DNA of 64,000 nt from Chloroflexota bacterium (GTDB taxonomy: Bacteria; Chloroflexota; Dehalococcoidia; JAUQQI01). The stretch spans positions 11,781 to 75,780 of the forward strand of contig PSKS01000006.1 of assembly GCA_040289115.1 (NCBI GenBank). The letters are read 5' to 3'. The notes under the pieces are model-generated. The model did no database searches, was not told the origin of the DNA, and was given only the letters and a program-made list of their open reading frames with translations. How positions within the stretch are numbered: the first letter of the stretch is position 1; each line of letters opens with the position of its first letter. Both the position numbers and the translations under genes were made by a program. Below, in pieces: positions 63,567 through 64,000 of this stretch.

Positions 63567-64000
63567 TCAAGGGTAAAGGGCGACCTGCTCCAAGCCCAAC
63601 GTCTCCGGAAAGCCGAACATCACGTTCATGTTCTGGACTGCCTGGCCGGCCGCCCCCTTCACCAGGTTGTCCAGACAGGACACGACGATGAATCGGTTCG
63701 TCCGGTGGTCGACACAGGGGTAGACGATGCAGTCGTTGTTGCCCAGGGTGTGCTTGGTCTGGGGCGGTGTTGAGGCGACCTTAACAAAGGGCTCCCGGCC
63801 ATAGTAATCTAAATAGAGCTCCCGCAGGCGGCGGTTGGCCGCCGCCGGGTCGCCCAGGTTCTGCTTTAAGGGGGCGTAGCAGGTGGCCAGGATGCCCCGG
63901 GTCATGGGGATGAGGTGGGGCACGAAGGTCACAGCCAGGTTCGGTCCGGCCACCGGCTCCAGCTCCTGAAGGATCTCGGGCAGGTGGCGGTGGCCCTTGA
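63567..64000 (-). CDS. argC: N-acetyl-gamma-glutamyl-phosphate reductase, C-terminal part (5' end outside window)
   Basis: C-terminal ArgC sequence ...GILATCY...VVSCLDNLVKGAAGQAVQNMNVMFGFPETLGL. Confidence 0.85.
   Translation of the reverse strand, partial: KGHRHLPEILQELEPVAGPNLAVTFVPHLIPMTRGILATCYAPLKQNLGDPAAANRRLRELYLDYYGREPFVKVASTPPQTKHTLGNNDCIVYPCVDHRTNRFIVVSCLDNLVKGAAGQAVQNMNVMFGFPETLGLEQVALYP

Overview
High-GC (roughly 68%) bacterial chromosomal segment, thermophile-like in protein composition, densely packed with housekeeping and metabolic genes on both strands. I see no transposases, phage genes, CRISPR arrays or recognisable defence cassettes.

Gene content, start to end:
- 3' fragment of an NAD-dependent epimerase, then miaA-dapF-dapL-hflX.
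- A UbiA/MenA-type prenyltransferase, a LuxR-type response regulator and two HtrA-like serine proteases.
- Two secreted clan GH-A glycoside hydrolases; one carries C-terminal tandem repeat domains.
- Two tandem membrane pyrophosphatase (H+-PPase) paralogs, one with the K+-independent and one with the K+-dependent sequence signature.
- Translin-like protein, thiE, two tandem FmdB zinc-ribbon genes, yraN-rnhB, a PBP transpeptidase, a DUF2419-like protein and an aldehyde dehydrogenase.
- tRNA-Phe, followed by a Walker-A-less DnaC/IstB-like ORF, an amine-dehydrogenase-family gene and a GNAT.
- A promoter plus a long structured leader (possible riboswitch) in front of an MmgE/PrpD gene and a GAF gene; then scpB and a MiaB-family radical-SAM enzyme.
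- A serine-palmitoyltransferase-like alpha-oxoamine synthase, an NAD-dependent reductase and a convergent GT2 (QxxRW) membrane glycosyltransferase. This trio is the most interesting candidate for an undescribed lipid pathway.
- glxK, cinA, a Nudix gene, hesB and nifS.
- A decayed two-component system: frameshifted OmpR-type regulator plus a multiply frameshifted, sensor-less histidine kinase.
- Trm112, then hisZGDCB with a long-form HisG; tRNA-Pro and tRNA-Met; larA; an IclR regulator; a c-type cytochrome.
- About 750 nt of unexplained non-coding DNA, then a Liv-type ABC transporter operon with an embedded Asp/Glu-racemase-superfamily gene.
- A UPF0182 membrane protein and argB-argJ-argC.

All calls are from reading the sequence and ORF translations; no database searches were run.
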